This document shows positions 42,676-54,920 of a DNA stretch of 64,000 nucleotides, piece by piece (the stretch's first letter is position 1; the number at the start of each line of letters is the position of its first letter). A program made the translations under genes and the position numbers. The DNA is from Epithemia pelagica (lineage: Eukaryota; Protista; Bacillariophyta): contig OX337236.1 in assembly GCA_946965045.2 (NCBI GenBank), forward strand, positions 2,232,001-2,296,000. The letters run 5' to 3'. Below the pieces are notes generated by a model, which made no database searches, had not been told where the DNA came from, and was given only the letters and a program-made list of their open reading frames with translations.

Positions 42676-45600
42676 ATGAGTTTGGGGGTGGGGGCATGTA
42701 GACCAATTGCCAATGCCAGAACAAGTATCTTCCAAGACGACGCTGGAACCATGGTATGTTCAAACCCACCGCATCCTTTTAGTTCCAGAGATGACACGGA
42801 AGAGGATTATGATGGACCTTCTAATTCCCTCCCGCAGGATCAGCATCAACGCGAGCAGACCTCGAACGATGCTATCACCCAAACTACCCAAACCCACCAA
42901 GAATCAGCACAAGAGGATCCAGCAGCAGTACCCTCCTCCATCAAGTCAGAGCAAAACGACGGTCGCACAATATATTATTGTGTAACAGGCAGTACCGCTC
43001 ACAGCAGAATTGTACCCTTGTTGCCGTCCCATTGGGTCAATGTCACTCGAACAACAACGGCCTTGAAACTTCCCAAGTTGAATTTTGTGTGGGAAAATGC
43101 ACCGCGCAAGGATACCCAATCACACTGCAATACCTTGGCCTGTTATTCTCATTTGCCCAATGGAACACGCATTTTGGATGATAAATGGGTCTTGGCCAAA
43201 TTGTTTGCTCATGACGCTGCCGATTCGAATGAAACGTCAAACCACCTGGTGGGAAACTTGGAAACGCATTGCTTCCAAGGGATTCGGGGATTCTGGAATT
43301 GGGTTTTTCAACAGCAACGACAAAAACAACAACACGCGGGGAAGGATTCAGGCCAGTTCGAACCAGAACTGAACCATGGAGACGAAGAAGAACCTGTTCC
43401 TTCTCATGACCATATCGACATGAGCAATGGAGCAGAAGATGAGTCATCTACATGGAGAACCGTGGCATGGCCCGATTTGGCATGGCCTTTGGACCGTGAC
43501 TTGGTACCATCATCTATGGGGAAGGATGTTGCAGCAATCAAAGAAAGTTCACATTGGTGGGTGATCAAGGATGCGTCGTGCAACGGAGCTGGAGGCATTT
43601 GGTTTGTTGACGTCCATGAACCATCCACCTGGACGCCTTTTCTGAGAGCAGTCCACCACCCATCAACAACCTACTCCACATCACCCACCATGCAACAAGG
43701 ATACCACCAAGCATTTCAAGTAAAGGACGAGTCCGGCTCTTTGAAGACTACAACGACAAATGGGTCCTTCCCTTCAAGTATAAGCTCGGTCGGACCCACA
43801 AACTCGTCGACAACAGAAAAAAGAACAAATTCACCGTCTTATAGTAGTCCTCCACGTTTTGTGGCACAACGCTATGTTTTGCCCATGGTTTTGTACCATG
43901 GTCGAAAGTGCCATGTACGAGTGTATGCCACTATAACTTGTTATGGACAAGCCTTTGTCCATGAACAAGCATTCCTGCATGTGGCCAACCAACCCTTTGT
44001 TGTCGGAGGAAACAAACAATCACAGCCAGATCCCGAACAGCACTTGACCAACTGTTGTGCGAACAGTCACAATGCGGCGCTCTTTGCCGGAGAAATATGT
44101 GCCAATTTGCAACTCACTCGTACGCAACAAAGACAGCAACAGCTACAAGAACACTCGAACAAAACAGAGGTACTCATCCAGGCGGAGACCATGCTCGACC
44201 AAGGACAACAAGCGGTGGTTGCACTGGGCGAATTTTATCCTTCCATTGCCGCAACAGTTGCGGCTTTGGCTAAGCGAGCCATGCCCTTTCTGGATGGTGG
44301 ACAAGCCAATGGTGGATTTGAATATCTAGGATTGGATTTCATCTTGTCAACGACGTCGTCTGGCACGCACATGGCATACTTGTTGGAGGTCAATGCCCCT
44401 CCCTCTCAGGACACTGCCACGGGCTTGCCCCATGCCGAGCGCGTCCACAATACCGTCTCACAGGATTGGATCCACCATTGGATCATTCCCCATGTTGAGA
44501 AAGCAAGACAAATGGATTCGGATACCATTCAATTAGGACCGAGTGGTGGATGGAGATGTGTCTACGAGCCGCCAGTATCTTCCCCATCGGCGGTATCTTT
44601 CGTACCCAAAGTTCCCAGCAAAGCAATGTGGTTGAATCGCATCAAATGGGCCCTATTCGAACAAAAATTAGACAAACAACTGGAAAAACAAGGCAAGAAC
44701 ATCCGCAAGGGAGCCTCAGCTATGAAAGATCTATTGCCCTCTCAACAACAAGTGGATCAACTCGCTCTTGAAGCTCGTCAGCATTTTGCCTACTATACCT
44801 TGTCATCCAAAACTAACAGCAAGCCACGTCCAATGTTGTCGTCGTCGACCAAAAGCCCAAACCCTTCTTCGCATGTTCAGACACCGTTTGTATTCTTTGA
44901 AAATGCTGGCGGAACACAAGTTCCTCAGTCCGTGGTTGACCGCATGACCACTTCCTTACAACAACGGCATCGGGCTGTCATTGGAAAAGCATCTGTGGAA
45001 CGAGCTCATGCAGCCTTGTACGAATTCATGGATACCAATTCTGAGCATTTTGAAATTGGGTTGGGAACCAACGCCACCTCTCTCCTTGCCATGGTGGCCT
45101 CGACCGTGCAACTATCGTCATCGCGGAGGAATCCAGATAATGAGCATCCCGGCCAAAAACCATGCCAGGAGGTTGGCGACCTCGAAGCATCCCGGGAACC
45201 ACCACTACACCAGGAACAAGTTGAAATCGTCATTGCCGTGGAAAATCACATGGCGAATGTTACACCATGGTTGAACTATCAACTTCAACAGCAGCACAAT
45301 CTTAATCAGCAGGATCAATCGAACCCTCCTGTTCGGATAAAATGGTGGACTATCCAAACTGAGAACAAGAAAGTTTCAACTGCAATGCCTCGAGGAGACA
45401 CGAGTCAAACGGAGATAAGTGATACTCCTTCTGCTGATATTGATTCATCGGTAGAAGGTCCATATACGTGGTCTAGGAATTCGAAGGACTTGTTGAATGA
45501 ACGTACAAGAATTGTGGCTATTTCACATGCCAGTAATGTCTTGGGTGAACCACGGGATTTACACAAAATTGGTCGTTTGGTGCGAGCGCATGCACCTCAT

Positions 45601-46362
45601 GCTCGTATCGTGGTAGACGGCGTTGCTGCTGTTCCACATGTGCATGTGTCCTTGAACGAGCTAGTCGACTGCGTCGATTACTACGTATGGTCATGCCACA
45701 AAGTATTTGGTCCCCATTGTGGAGTTTTATTCCATAGAAAGAGAGAAAACAGTGACATGCGTGAAGGTATCGGCGGCGGACTTGGAGGTGGGACGGCCAA
45801 CTATGAAGCCTGTGAAGGCATTGTTGGCATGGTGGAGTATTTCAAGCAATTTGGTGGTGGTAATATCCCAAATGCGTTTCACAAGATTGAACAGATAGAA
45901 CAAGCCTTGGCCCACCGATTGCTTGAAGGACTTCGGCTGTCCCCCCGAGTCGAAATTCTGGAGTCGTCACTGTCACTGACCAAAGACAAAGGGAGCTGTT
46001 CCGATGCCAACTTTGGAACATTTCCTCGACGATTGCCGTTGGTTTCTTTGAAACATTCCCATTGGTCAAGCCCGGAATTGGAGAAGGCCTGTCACAAGGC
46101 TGGATTTATTTGTCGGAGTGGTACGTTTTTGGCCACAGACCAATTATTGGACGAACTGCTTTCTCCACAAGCCGAGGATTGCGTTGGAGAGAAGACGAAG
46201 ACAAATGACAAGTCTGGTGAGTCGGACAAAATCACCGCAGGAACAGACGAAAACACTCTGCGACGACCTATGATTCTTAGGTTTTCCATGGTCCACTACA
46301 ATGCATTGCATGAAGTCGAGCAACTTCTGGACTTTTTGTATTCGCTGCCTGGGTGGTTTTGA
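42676..46362 (+). CDS. Fusion of a tubulin-tyrosine-ligase-like ATP-grasp domain and a class-V PLP aminotransferase/cysteine-desulfurase-like domain, 1228 aa
   Basis: TTL motifs WVIKDASCNGAGGIWFV, VAQRYV...RKCHVRVY, LGLDFIL...LLEVNAPP; AT-V motifs ENAGGTQ, SHASNVLG, VVDGVAAVPH, SCHKVFGPH. Confidence 0.85.
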   Translation: MSLGVGACRPIANARTSIFQDDAGTMVCSNPPHPFSSRDDTEEDYDGPSNSLPQDQHQREQTSNDAITQTTQTHQESAQEDPAAVPSSIKSEQNDGRTIYYCVTGSTAHSRIVPLLPSHWVNVTRTTTALKLPKLNFVWENAPRKDTQSHCNTLACYSHLPNGTRILDDKWVLAKLFAHDAADSNETSNHLVGNLETHCFQGIRGFWNWVFQQQRQKQQHAGKDSGQFEPELNHGDEEEPVPSHDHIDMSNGAEDESSTWRTVAWPDLAWPLDRDLVPSSMGKDVAAIKESSHWWVIKDASCNGAGGIWFVDVHEPSTWTPFLRAVHHPSTTYSTSPTMQQGYHQAFQVKDESGSLKTTTTNGSFPSSISSVGPTNSSTTEKRTNSPSYSSPPRFVAQRYVLPMVLYHGRKCHVRVYATITCYGQAFVHEQAFLHVANQPFVVGGNKQSQPDPEQHLTNCCANSHNAALFAGEICANLQLTRTQQRQQQLQEHSNKTEVLIQAETMLDQGQQAVVALGEFYPSIAATVAALAKRAMPFLDGGQANGGFEYLGLDFILSTTSSGTHMAYLLEVNAPPSQDTATGLPHAERVHNTVSQDWIHHWIIPHVEKARQMDSDTIQLGPSGGWRCVYEPPVSSPSAVSFVPKVPSKAMWLNRIKWALFEQKLDKQLEKQGKNIRKGASAMKDLLPSQQQVDQLALEARQHFAYYTLSSKTNSKPRPMLSSSTKSPNPSSHVQTPFVFFENAGGTQVPQSVVDRMTTSLQQRHRAVIGKASVERAHAALYEFMDTNSEHFEIGLGTNATSLLAMVASTVQLSSSRRNPDNEHPGQKPCQEVGDLEASREPPLHQEQVEIVIAVENHMANVTPWLNYQLQQQHNLNQQDQSNPPVRIKWWTIQTENKKVSTAMPRGDTSQTEISDTPSADIDSSVEGPYTWSRNSKDLLNERTRIVAISHASNVLGEPRDLHKIGRLVRAHAPHARIVVDGVAAVPHVHVSLNELVDCVDYYVWSCHKVFGPHCGVLFHRKRENSDMREGIGGGLGGGTANYEACEGIVGMVEYFKQFGGGNIPNAFHKIEQIEQALAHRLLEGLRLSPRVEILESSLSLTKDKGSCSDANFGTFPRRLPLVSLKHSHWSSPELEKACHKAGFICRSGTFLATDQLLDELLSPQAEDCVGEKTKTNDKSGESDKITAGTDENTLRRPMILRFSMVHYNALHEVEQLLDFLYSLPGWF

Positions 46363-46678
46363 ATGTACAGAAACGATTGAAAATTTGACCAGTTGTGACC
46401 GTCTTTTCGCCGTATTTCGAAGAGCAAAACCGATTCTCTTTATACCCCCTGTTATGTCGTGATCTTCTTATCCTTTGTTGCACCCTTCAACGCGTGCTAC
46501 TTTGGGGTGATTCGAAACTTATGAAACTGATGCACTATGTAATAGCACTCTTATTTTCTACCATACATTGTGGCTGACGGAACATGCAAGATGTTGGGAA
46601 GATGCCGCCTTATCGCTCACTGTGAATGCATCCTCATCTGTCCCAACTCTGTTGATACATGGAACTCCTCTTTTTCGT

Positions 46679-49266
46679 TCAAGACAATTCATCAGCATCT
46701 CCCGGTGGAACCTCTGCAACATCCTGAGGTGCTTCTAACGATTCTACAGCAGCTTCTTCGACGTCTTTTTCGAAATTTATCTCATTCTCTTCCTTTGTCC
46801 CCGGGGCTTCGTCACTGTACGTTGCAACCTTATGCTCTTCTTCACTAAGTATGGCACCTATCTGGGACATGAAGGCACAGAACTCAGCGAAGTCAATGGC
46901 TCCACTGTGATCAATGTCAATAGCGGCAAACATGACATTAAAGTCCTGCTGAGACACGCTGTCGCCCATGAACGAATGAAGTTCTTCCTTAGTGACAACA
47001 CCGTCCCCATCTACGTCAATGGCCTTGAATTCATCTTCCAATCCCTGTGCAGAAAGTTTTTTGTCGTGGTCCAAGTTGATGGTTTCGGCAATGCGTCGGG
47101 CAAACTGGTGCTTGAAACGGTCAGCTTGCTTGTTGATGCGGTACACGTGCCACGCGTACAAGGCCCCAAACAAGAACAGAGCACCGATCAAGACAAAGAA
47201 TGCAATCCATCCTCCTTTGACGCCCACATCCTCTTCGTAAGGAGTCGGGTTATACAAGGGATCGTACATTCGCCACATCGATTCATCAGGACAATTCGTC
47301 CTGCTTGTATCAACACAGTTACCATCAGTGATGATGGGTTTGCGGTCAAAGCTTCGGACGTCATTAGCATCATAAGCTCGTTCCAGTTCGTCCTTGAAGG
47401 TTGTCTCGCTAACCTGGTTCAATTGATATGTGAACGATTCAGCAAGCGGGTTATCAGAGTATGGAAGGCTTTCCGAGATGATGAAGTACTGTCCGTTTCC
47501 AGCCATTCGAGTATTGAGAGCGTTGGTGAAGCTCTCTGTTTCGTGGTACTCGAAACTCTTGTCGTCTCCGATGGAATAGTAGAAAGTGTCTTCATCAACC
47601 GTGCTTGAGTTTCCGTCACCACCGGCATAACGACCCGTCGTCATGAAGAGTTTGATGGAACCATCCTTTTCGAAAGTTGCGGTGCCAAACTTTTCTCCAA
47701 CAGTAACATAACCGTTTTCACCGCAAATGCCGCTTCCCAAGACATTCGCCGACTCTTCAGGCACATTGTATGTGCAAAATGTCGAATCCGCGGGCTTGTA
47801 TACATGGTACACATGCTCGTAGTATCGTGTTTCGCGAATGGTACGGTTGACAAACATGAATACTTCCTCTTGAGGATACGGCTAAGTATTCTTGAACTTG
47901 TCCGACGAAAACGTTTCCATCAGAGTTTCACCTTGGCTGTCATAGACACGCATCTTTCCAACCCAGAAACCTTCGGCGTCCACCCACGAGGGACCAGCCG
48001 ACTTGATGTTGGGCGAGACACGGGGGTTGTAGCGAGGATCGTCCGAACAGTCCTCAAAGATGGTCTTGGTACACTTGGAATCACCGGTGTTGGAAGGCTC
48101 GGGCGCTGGCTCATCAGGTACAAAGTCCCAGCCAGGTTCACGTCGAACACCGAGATCATTAATCTCAACTTCTGGTCCACCGGGACAACGATGAATCACT
48201 CGTCGTCCCAACAAGGGTTGAGGTGGCCTGGAGGTGCTTCCTTCTTCGTCGGCTACAGTAGCGTGTACACAATTTCTCTCATCGTCTATCTGAACATAGC
48301 ACAGGATGAGATATTCCAAGCGGTCAAGTTGTTCCTGTGAAATCAGCAAAGGCTCATCCAACAAGTTCCAGTTGACGATTTCGGTACATCCTGGTGTGGT
48401 CAAACCTCCCTTGTAGGTGAAGACACCAAAGTCTTCGGTGGTAGGAAGACCGTACACATTCGGTGCCTTGTCGGGGAAGAAGCTTCCACTGGGAAGAACT
48501 GTCGGTTCTTGAAGCACGTCGTTGACAGTTCCACAAGTGACTTTGGTTTGTACTGCAGCAAACGGATCCTCACTGGGACGACATTCTTTTGCAACTTGCT
48601 CCGCGGTACGTTCCCAACCACGCAAAAAGTCTTCAAAGACAGGGTGGGCCGTCTCACCGACATCAATCATTGTACCAAATACAGCAAATGATTCCTTGGT
48701 TTCTTCTTGGTGGACAACGTGAAGTTCGGCAGGGAAGAATCCACGAGTTCCTTTGCCTCTGATTTCGTGTTCCGAGTAGGTGTGAATGTGGAACTGCAAG
48801 GCGTTGAAGGGATTATCCGTGTGTGGGATTTCCATGCTTCCAAAGCTGCAGCTGCTATCAGGGTTCGGCTTGACCAAGACACCTGGTAAAGGAATAGAAA
48901 GACGATATCTTTTAGTGATGGGTCGAATCTTGGAAGTGGGGACGACAAGCGATTGCATTCATGCGACGTACCGTTGTTGTTGATCTCAAAGACCAACTCG
49001 TCCCATGTACAAGTTCCAGGGTTGAATTTATAATCTTTCATGTCGGTGTCGCAGCGTTGCTCGACGGCTCGAGTGATGGTGACGGGCGATTGACCATATC
49101 CAGTGGAGCCGCTCATTCCTCCACATTGGTTGCCTTCCAAGTTTAGCAAAGGCCATCGAGAAGGACCCAATCCACCCGTCTCGTAGTAGGTGAAGAAGTT
49201 ACCCACACCAGCACCATCGACGACGGTGAGGAGGGAGGCGGCGCTCAAGCTCCAATGAAGCTTCAT
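46679..49266 (-). CDS. Signal peptide + alpha-carbonic anhydrase + unknown ectodomain + TM + 2 EF-hands; exons 49266-48972 and 48882-46679, with one in-frame TAG at 47884-47882
   Basis: QFHIH, SEH, ELHVVH and GGLTTPGC are CA motifs; GTACGT...CCAG intron. After the TAG the same frame continues PYPQEEVFMFVNRT to a TM helix and EF loops DVDGDGVVTKEE and DIDHSGAIDFAE. Confidence 0.8.
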
Positions 49267-50253
49267 TGTTTTTCGACCTTCCAGAAATGTTTCTTAGCAC
49301 CAGTTTGTGAGGATCCACGTAAATTGTGAGATCGGAACGGTGGTATCCTTTTTGAGTTGAGATGCAAGAAGCTAGGTTACACTACAATACACACACTACA
49401 ATATACCGGCGATGAGAATATTGAATACTATTTTTTCTTGTGCTATAGATATGTGAATATTCCTTGTATTGTATGTCGTATTGAGCTAGAGCATATGAGG
49501 GAATAGGAATGAAGTACGAAGCGTATGTTGAATATTGAATGAATATTTCTTTTCGTATTTCGATATATTGTATTCTGAGATTGTCGTATTACTTTTAATA
49601 CGATTACTTTATATGAGGTGTGAGGTAGAAATGCGAAGTCTCTCGTCTGACATCAGAAATATTTCTGACACTATAGAAAAAAATGTTGAGACGTCTAAAG
49701 CATCAAGAAGACGAGTATAGGAGTTTTTATATTTCACTACTGAATTCGATTTGCCTTCAAAAACGAAAGCAATAAGGTCGACTATAGGAATAACAAGTAC
49801 GAATGGTCCGATGCCGGAACTTTTGGTTCTCATATTCTCAAAGGATTAATATGAATATGCGATATGCCGTGGAAAAGCATTAATATAACACGTGATTGTG
49901 TATTACGTCGTATTGAGCCGCCGATGATGACGAATGCAAATAATTTCTTCTCGCGAACATCAACAATTGCCGGAGACCCTATACTCGAGTACGTATGCAA
50001 GTGGTGTCGTCCATGATGATCAGACATGCTTTTCTGATTCTCTGCTGCTGTCGTTGCTGTTCACGAATGATGATTGATGATAGGAATCGGTGTGACGGTT
50101 GACGGTGTCGTATGATTGCAAGTTGCAAGCGGATCCAAGCCAAGACGGATGAGATACTCTGATCCATGATGGATCCTCTTGTTGTCGAACCGTTGATGAG
50201 AAATGGATGTGTTGTTTTACCATGGGTAACCGATATAAGAATCCGATTTTCTT

Positions 50254-50519
50254 AATAGGCTTGTACTTTGGAAGTAGAGATATGTTGAACCAGTGAATCT
50301 CACATCCAAGAAAGGAGCAGGTTTGATAGGACATGTAACAGGCACTCTTTAATGTCACGAGCTCAAGAAGTCAAGACTGGTTGTGGAATAGGCTTGTACT
50401 TTGGAAGTAGAGTGATGTTGAACCAGTGAATCTCACATCCAAGAAAGGAGCAGGTTTGAAAGGACATGTAACAGGCACTCTTTAATGTCACGAGCTCAAG
50501 AAGTCAAGACTGGTTGTGG
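50254..50519. repeat. Tandem duplication, 2 x 133 bp
   Basis: 50254-50386 and 50387-50519 differ at about 3 positions. Confidence 0.9.
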
Positions 50520-50599
50520 ATGCGACATGGACGGCACACCGGGAATGCAGTACTAGGGGCTTCTCTCTATCTCACCTCACCAGTTGTACCCACTGGGTT

Positions 50600-52960
50600 C
50601 ACAGAAGTCTTTTTGAGTACATACCAGGACGATACATAGAGGTTTTTCGGCTTCCATCTAGAGTATTGATGACTGAGGCAGCGCGCATAGTTCACAAGCA
50701 TAGAGTCGTGCAATACTTCGTAGGCATGGACAGCTTATACTCCTTCGTGTTTTTCCATCTAGGAAGAATCGTCTCTCGCCGAAACGGTTCAGCCAAACCA
50801 TTGAAAGCACACCAATCCATTTCGTAAACTTGAATGAGTTTCGTCTTCTTCTTGTTCGAAAAGCGAACGAATCAACCACATTGGTCGATTGGTACCTTTC
50901 TTGTTGAATTCGAGATAGATCTTATGTCCTCCGAAGATTCCTTTCCTAATTCTCTGCGTCTGCATGTAATTCATGACAAATGAACAAAAGTTGCCTGACG
51001 GTTTACCGGTCGATTCATCTACTCCAAGCGAGCATCGGAACAGACTCCTCGGCAATACAGAGTCCGAATGTACGAGCGAATGCGAGAGGGAGACCCTCAA
51101 CACTACTGCGCGCTTTGCGGAGCAAGAAAACAAAAACTTCCACAGTTCACATGACATTGATGAACTCAAGGATCTCTGCTGGTTCTCTGGAAGAGAATTG
51201 CGAAACTTCAGTAAGCCAACAAACACTACGTGTTGAGACTGCGCGTGAGCGAAAGAGAATACGGATAAGGCGACCTCACTACTGATCTGTCTCCTTGCTT
51301 CGCCTCTACCAAGCTCTGCAGTCGGTGGTGACACCGGAAGACTTGCAACCACTGTTGGATTCCATCAACACCTTGTCCCTGGACCCAGAAAATGTAGGGA
51401 TTGTTGAACACCTCGTTGTCCTACAAATAAACCGCGAAAACACAAATCGTCGAAGAGAAATGCTCCAAGAAATCCAGTGCATCCAAGAAGCCTACCTGTT
51501 CCTTTGAAAGTAAGCAAGCGGATGAAATCGAGAAGACCATGGTCGCGATCAGCAGCCGCTCCTCCCAAATCTGGCCTAATCTGGGATCTTTACCTTGCTC
51601 ACATTGCCGCCGGCAGTCGATAAGAAATTGCTGTTCTCACGGCGGAATAATCCTCTTGGTTGGTTGGACCCTGAGTTATAATTTTCAGAATGCTCTATTT
51701 TCCCGACCGCGATTGTTTTTCCCGCACTCATGTCATTCTCTTTGTGTCAGCCAACATCAATCAATTAGCGATGGGGAATGTGCCAGGCTTTTCTTCCCAC
51801 AACATTCCAACGGTCTTTCAAGACGAGTGGCTCTTGCAATGGTGGCCGCCGGTATAGCGGTAGGATTGAACAAAAACCACTTTGACAGAGTCATAGGGCA
51901 CGATTTCTGCAACTCCTTCTCGCCCATGAGGTCCAACTCAATCCGCCTCGTTGTGGGGAAATTTTCAATCCAACGAGAGAGCCCGCTACGCACCTTCTGC
52001 AGCCATATCTGAAGCGCAAAAACGGGTTGTTGTTCAAACTGGTTGTTGTTCACGATCAGATTTTTCAAACATGTCATCGACTCGAATTTCTTCCTTTCTT
52101 GCTTTGCCACATATATATTTACAAGCCCTGAGTGTCCACTCGTGCGCTGGAAAATATCAATGACGACCGCCTCCTCAACATCAACTTGCGACAACTCTTA
52201 TAGTCTTTGAACATCTCTTGAACTTGTACAGTTGTCAAGAGTGGGACTAGAACCTCGTCTCCAACATTGAAACGAGACATTGAACCGGTGGTGTTGACCC
52301 AAACCGGAAAACACGCCGAGGCAACGACACTATGTGTGTAGTGAAACCCCCACGATTCCTTGAGCCTGCAAAGTATTGATAGAATCGTACTTCTTTCTTC
52401 TTTTTCATCGTTCTCCCCGTTATATCTCAATAAACAAAGCATACTTTCTGTTGACTTTTAATTCTGTGTGTTGTTCTCTTGTGCCAAAGTAGGTTGAACT
52501 CAGGACCGGATTCAACTTGGCGAAGACCGAGGCGATGGTACTTTGCAAACAGATAACGTCTCGACGCTTTGAAGCGATACGTAAAACAAAAGTATTTGGC
52601 TTTGAGATCGTCGCCTCCTTGCAGCATTTGGTGTTTTTTGGGCCAAGGAGCATGACGTATTGTCCATTGGAGACGAAAAAGTGATTCTGACGAGAAATTT
52701 TTCCACTGGCGCCATTGACGGTAAACGCTCATCTCTTCGGACTTGCAGTGGATAAAGTCAACTGACGTTCCGTTTCTTTCGCAGCAGATGCGTCCATGCG
52801 CCGTGGTTGTTTTCGTGTTTGTTCCGGTACATAATCCGCTTCCTCCTTCTTGGCCCGTATTTTCCTGATTCTTTGCTGTTTTGGGTTTTATTGTGTCGTC
52901 CTTTTCATCCATTGTTGTCTCTTGCGTGTGTTTTTGGTTTTCTCCTCCGTTTCCTTGCAT
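50600..52960 (-). pseudogene. Degenerate coding-like segment of unidentified origin (possible decayed gene or TE)
   Basis: Chain of 70-190-aa minus-strand ORFs that hand over between frames; no recognisable domain. Confidence 0.3.
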
Positions 52961-53342
52961 TCGGTAAGGTCGTCCTGGGTTTGGACTCTAAATCTCCATT
53001 GTCACAGTGCTCTCCTTGTCGCAACCCGTCAAAAGCTCGTTAATCGTCAAGCTCATCCCAGAAAGGCATAATGATTGTGCATGATCGTTCAAATAGGGAA
53101 GGATGCCCTATGAAATTGCCTTAAAAGCTGGTTCCGTCTCGGACGAGAGGCTGCCAAGAGATCGGCCAATAACCTGTCGAGTCCGAACGAGAAGTCTGGC
53201 TAGTAGTCATAACACAACCTATCCTAGTTAATCATTGCCTTGAAGCAGATAGTGTTGACAGTCCATAGCTAAAACCCGAATTTCGACAATGGCTAATTTC
53301 ACTAGTATCTGTTACGACTATGGACTATGGATCTGTGGACGA

Positions 53343-54341
53343 CTAGGATGGATCTGTGTAGTCAACGGAGAAGAGTTTCTCTCCATTGTTGATGGCAAGT
53401 TGCGAGACGATGAGGATGACACGGAAAGCACGGCCATGGGACGCAATGTCATGCCGCCACGTTTGACGCAGACAACCCCAGTCCTTGAACCGCTTGTTGA
53501 TGGTTTCTTGTCGGCTTCGGACTCGTTGTTGCATTTTTAGATTGTCTGCTGGATTGCTGAATCCAGCTGGGCACTTGACAAACTCAGGATGTTCGCCACG
53601 GTAGCCATCATCAGCCTCGACCCTCTCATTGGGGTCGAGGTGTGACAGAAGACAGTCACGGAAAATTGTGATGTCGTTGTGGCTGCCAGCAACGTAGGGC
53701 CCATTCAACCACACGACATCCCCTGTCAAAATACACAGCCCAATTTCATATCTGAGGGCACTTTTCTTGAATTTGTGGCTGTAGAACTTGCGTCCGTTCT
53801 CAGCCACCCGAAAGTCTGTCCCATCAACACTAATGAGGCAGTCATTCCCTTTGTCTAGCTTATAGCGGTTTTCCCACACTATCTGTAAAGCATTCTTGGA
53901 ATGTTAGATAATGAAACAAAAACAAACAAAAACGACTGTAGGGAGACTTACCACTTGACTTTCAAGGCGGACAATGGCATCAATGAAGAGCCATGTCCAT
54001 TTCGAGAACGTGTTCCTGTTGACACCACCAGCCAGAGTGCACAATACTCGTTCCTTTGCATACACCCGAAGGAACATGAGTGTCCAAAGAAGATGGGACA
54101 TTGTTCCTGACACAGGCACCGAGTCGGACTCCACAAGAGCGCACCACAAATTCAAGCAAACAAGAATGCCACACCCAAAATACTGCCGAAACATCCGCTC
54201 CTCACTTTGGACGGTCCCCTTTTTACGGTGGAACAAAAGGGAATCGTTGCTCCAGATCAACCGGGCATAGTACAAAAAGTCTTCAGGGTTTGGGGCAGAC
54301 CAGCGTTGCCGCTTGTTCCCCTCGGCATTCGACGGAGCCAT
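53343..54341 (-). CDS. PIF/Harbinger (DDE_Tnp_4, IS5-related) transposase; 2 exons (54341-53952, 53882-53343), 309 aa
   Basis: SVDGTDF, HKFKKSALRYE, ADDGYRG and RSRQETINKRFKDW catalytic series; GTAAGT...TACAG intron joins SQV to IVWENR. Confidence 0.88.
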
Positions 54342-54714
54342 GATGGACAGTTTTTGTGAGAAATCTTGAGGACGAGACACGACTTTTAGGTAGAAATCGT
54401 ACCTTTCACGATTCACGCGAGCATCGATTTCTCCTTTCTACTTCTACTAGGGACTACAACTGTGGATTAGGGACCGTTCCCCACCGAAAAATTTGAACGG
54501 ATCCATGTTGATTTCGTTGATAGTGTTACATAGGCAGATGACTATTCATTCGTGACCAATATAACACCACTCTCTAGACCTGTCATATTGACTTAGCACG
54601 TACATGTCCATTACAGATTAGACAAACAACCGATTAAGCGTAAGAAAGCGGGCCGGTCAGTTGGATGGCACGTGTCAATAATTAATTTTGGTCCTGATGT
54701 CAGAAATCTGGTCC

Positions 54715-54920
54715 CGATCTCGGAATTCGGGTCGATCTCGGAATTCGGGCCAGATCTCGGAATTCGGGTCGATCTCGGAATTCGGGCCAGATCTCGGAAT
54801 TCGGGTTTTTACTCTGAAATAAAGTATACTTTGGTCGGAATTCGGGTCGATCTCGGAATTCGGGCCAGATCTCGGAATTCGGGTCGATCTCGGAATTCGG
54901 GCCAGATCTCGGAATTTGGG
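54715..54920. repeat. Tandem array of GATCTCGGAATTCGGG in alternating 18/19-bp units (two blocks, ~9 units)
   Basis: Block 1 at 54715-54806 has 5 units; block 2 at 54835-54920 has 4 units plus a partial one. Confidence 0.92.

Noticed and set aside
49380-49900. AT-rich foreign insertion upstream of the CA gene
   Set aside because: No boundaries or repeats; consistent with ordinary AT-rich intergenic DNA
54715-54920. CRISPR array
   Set aside because: Units are contiguous with no unique spacers, there are no cas genes, and the context is eukaryotic
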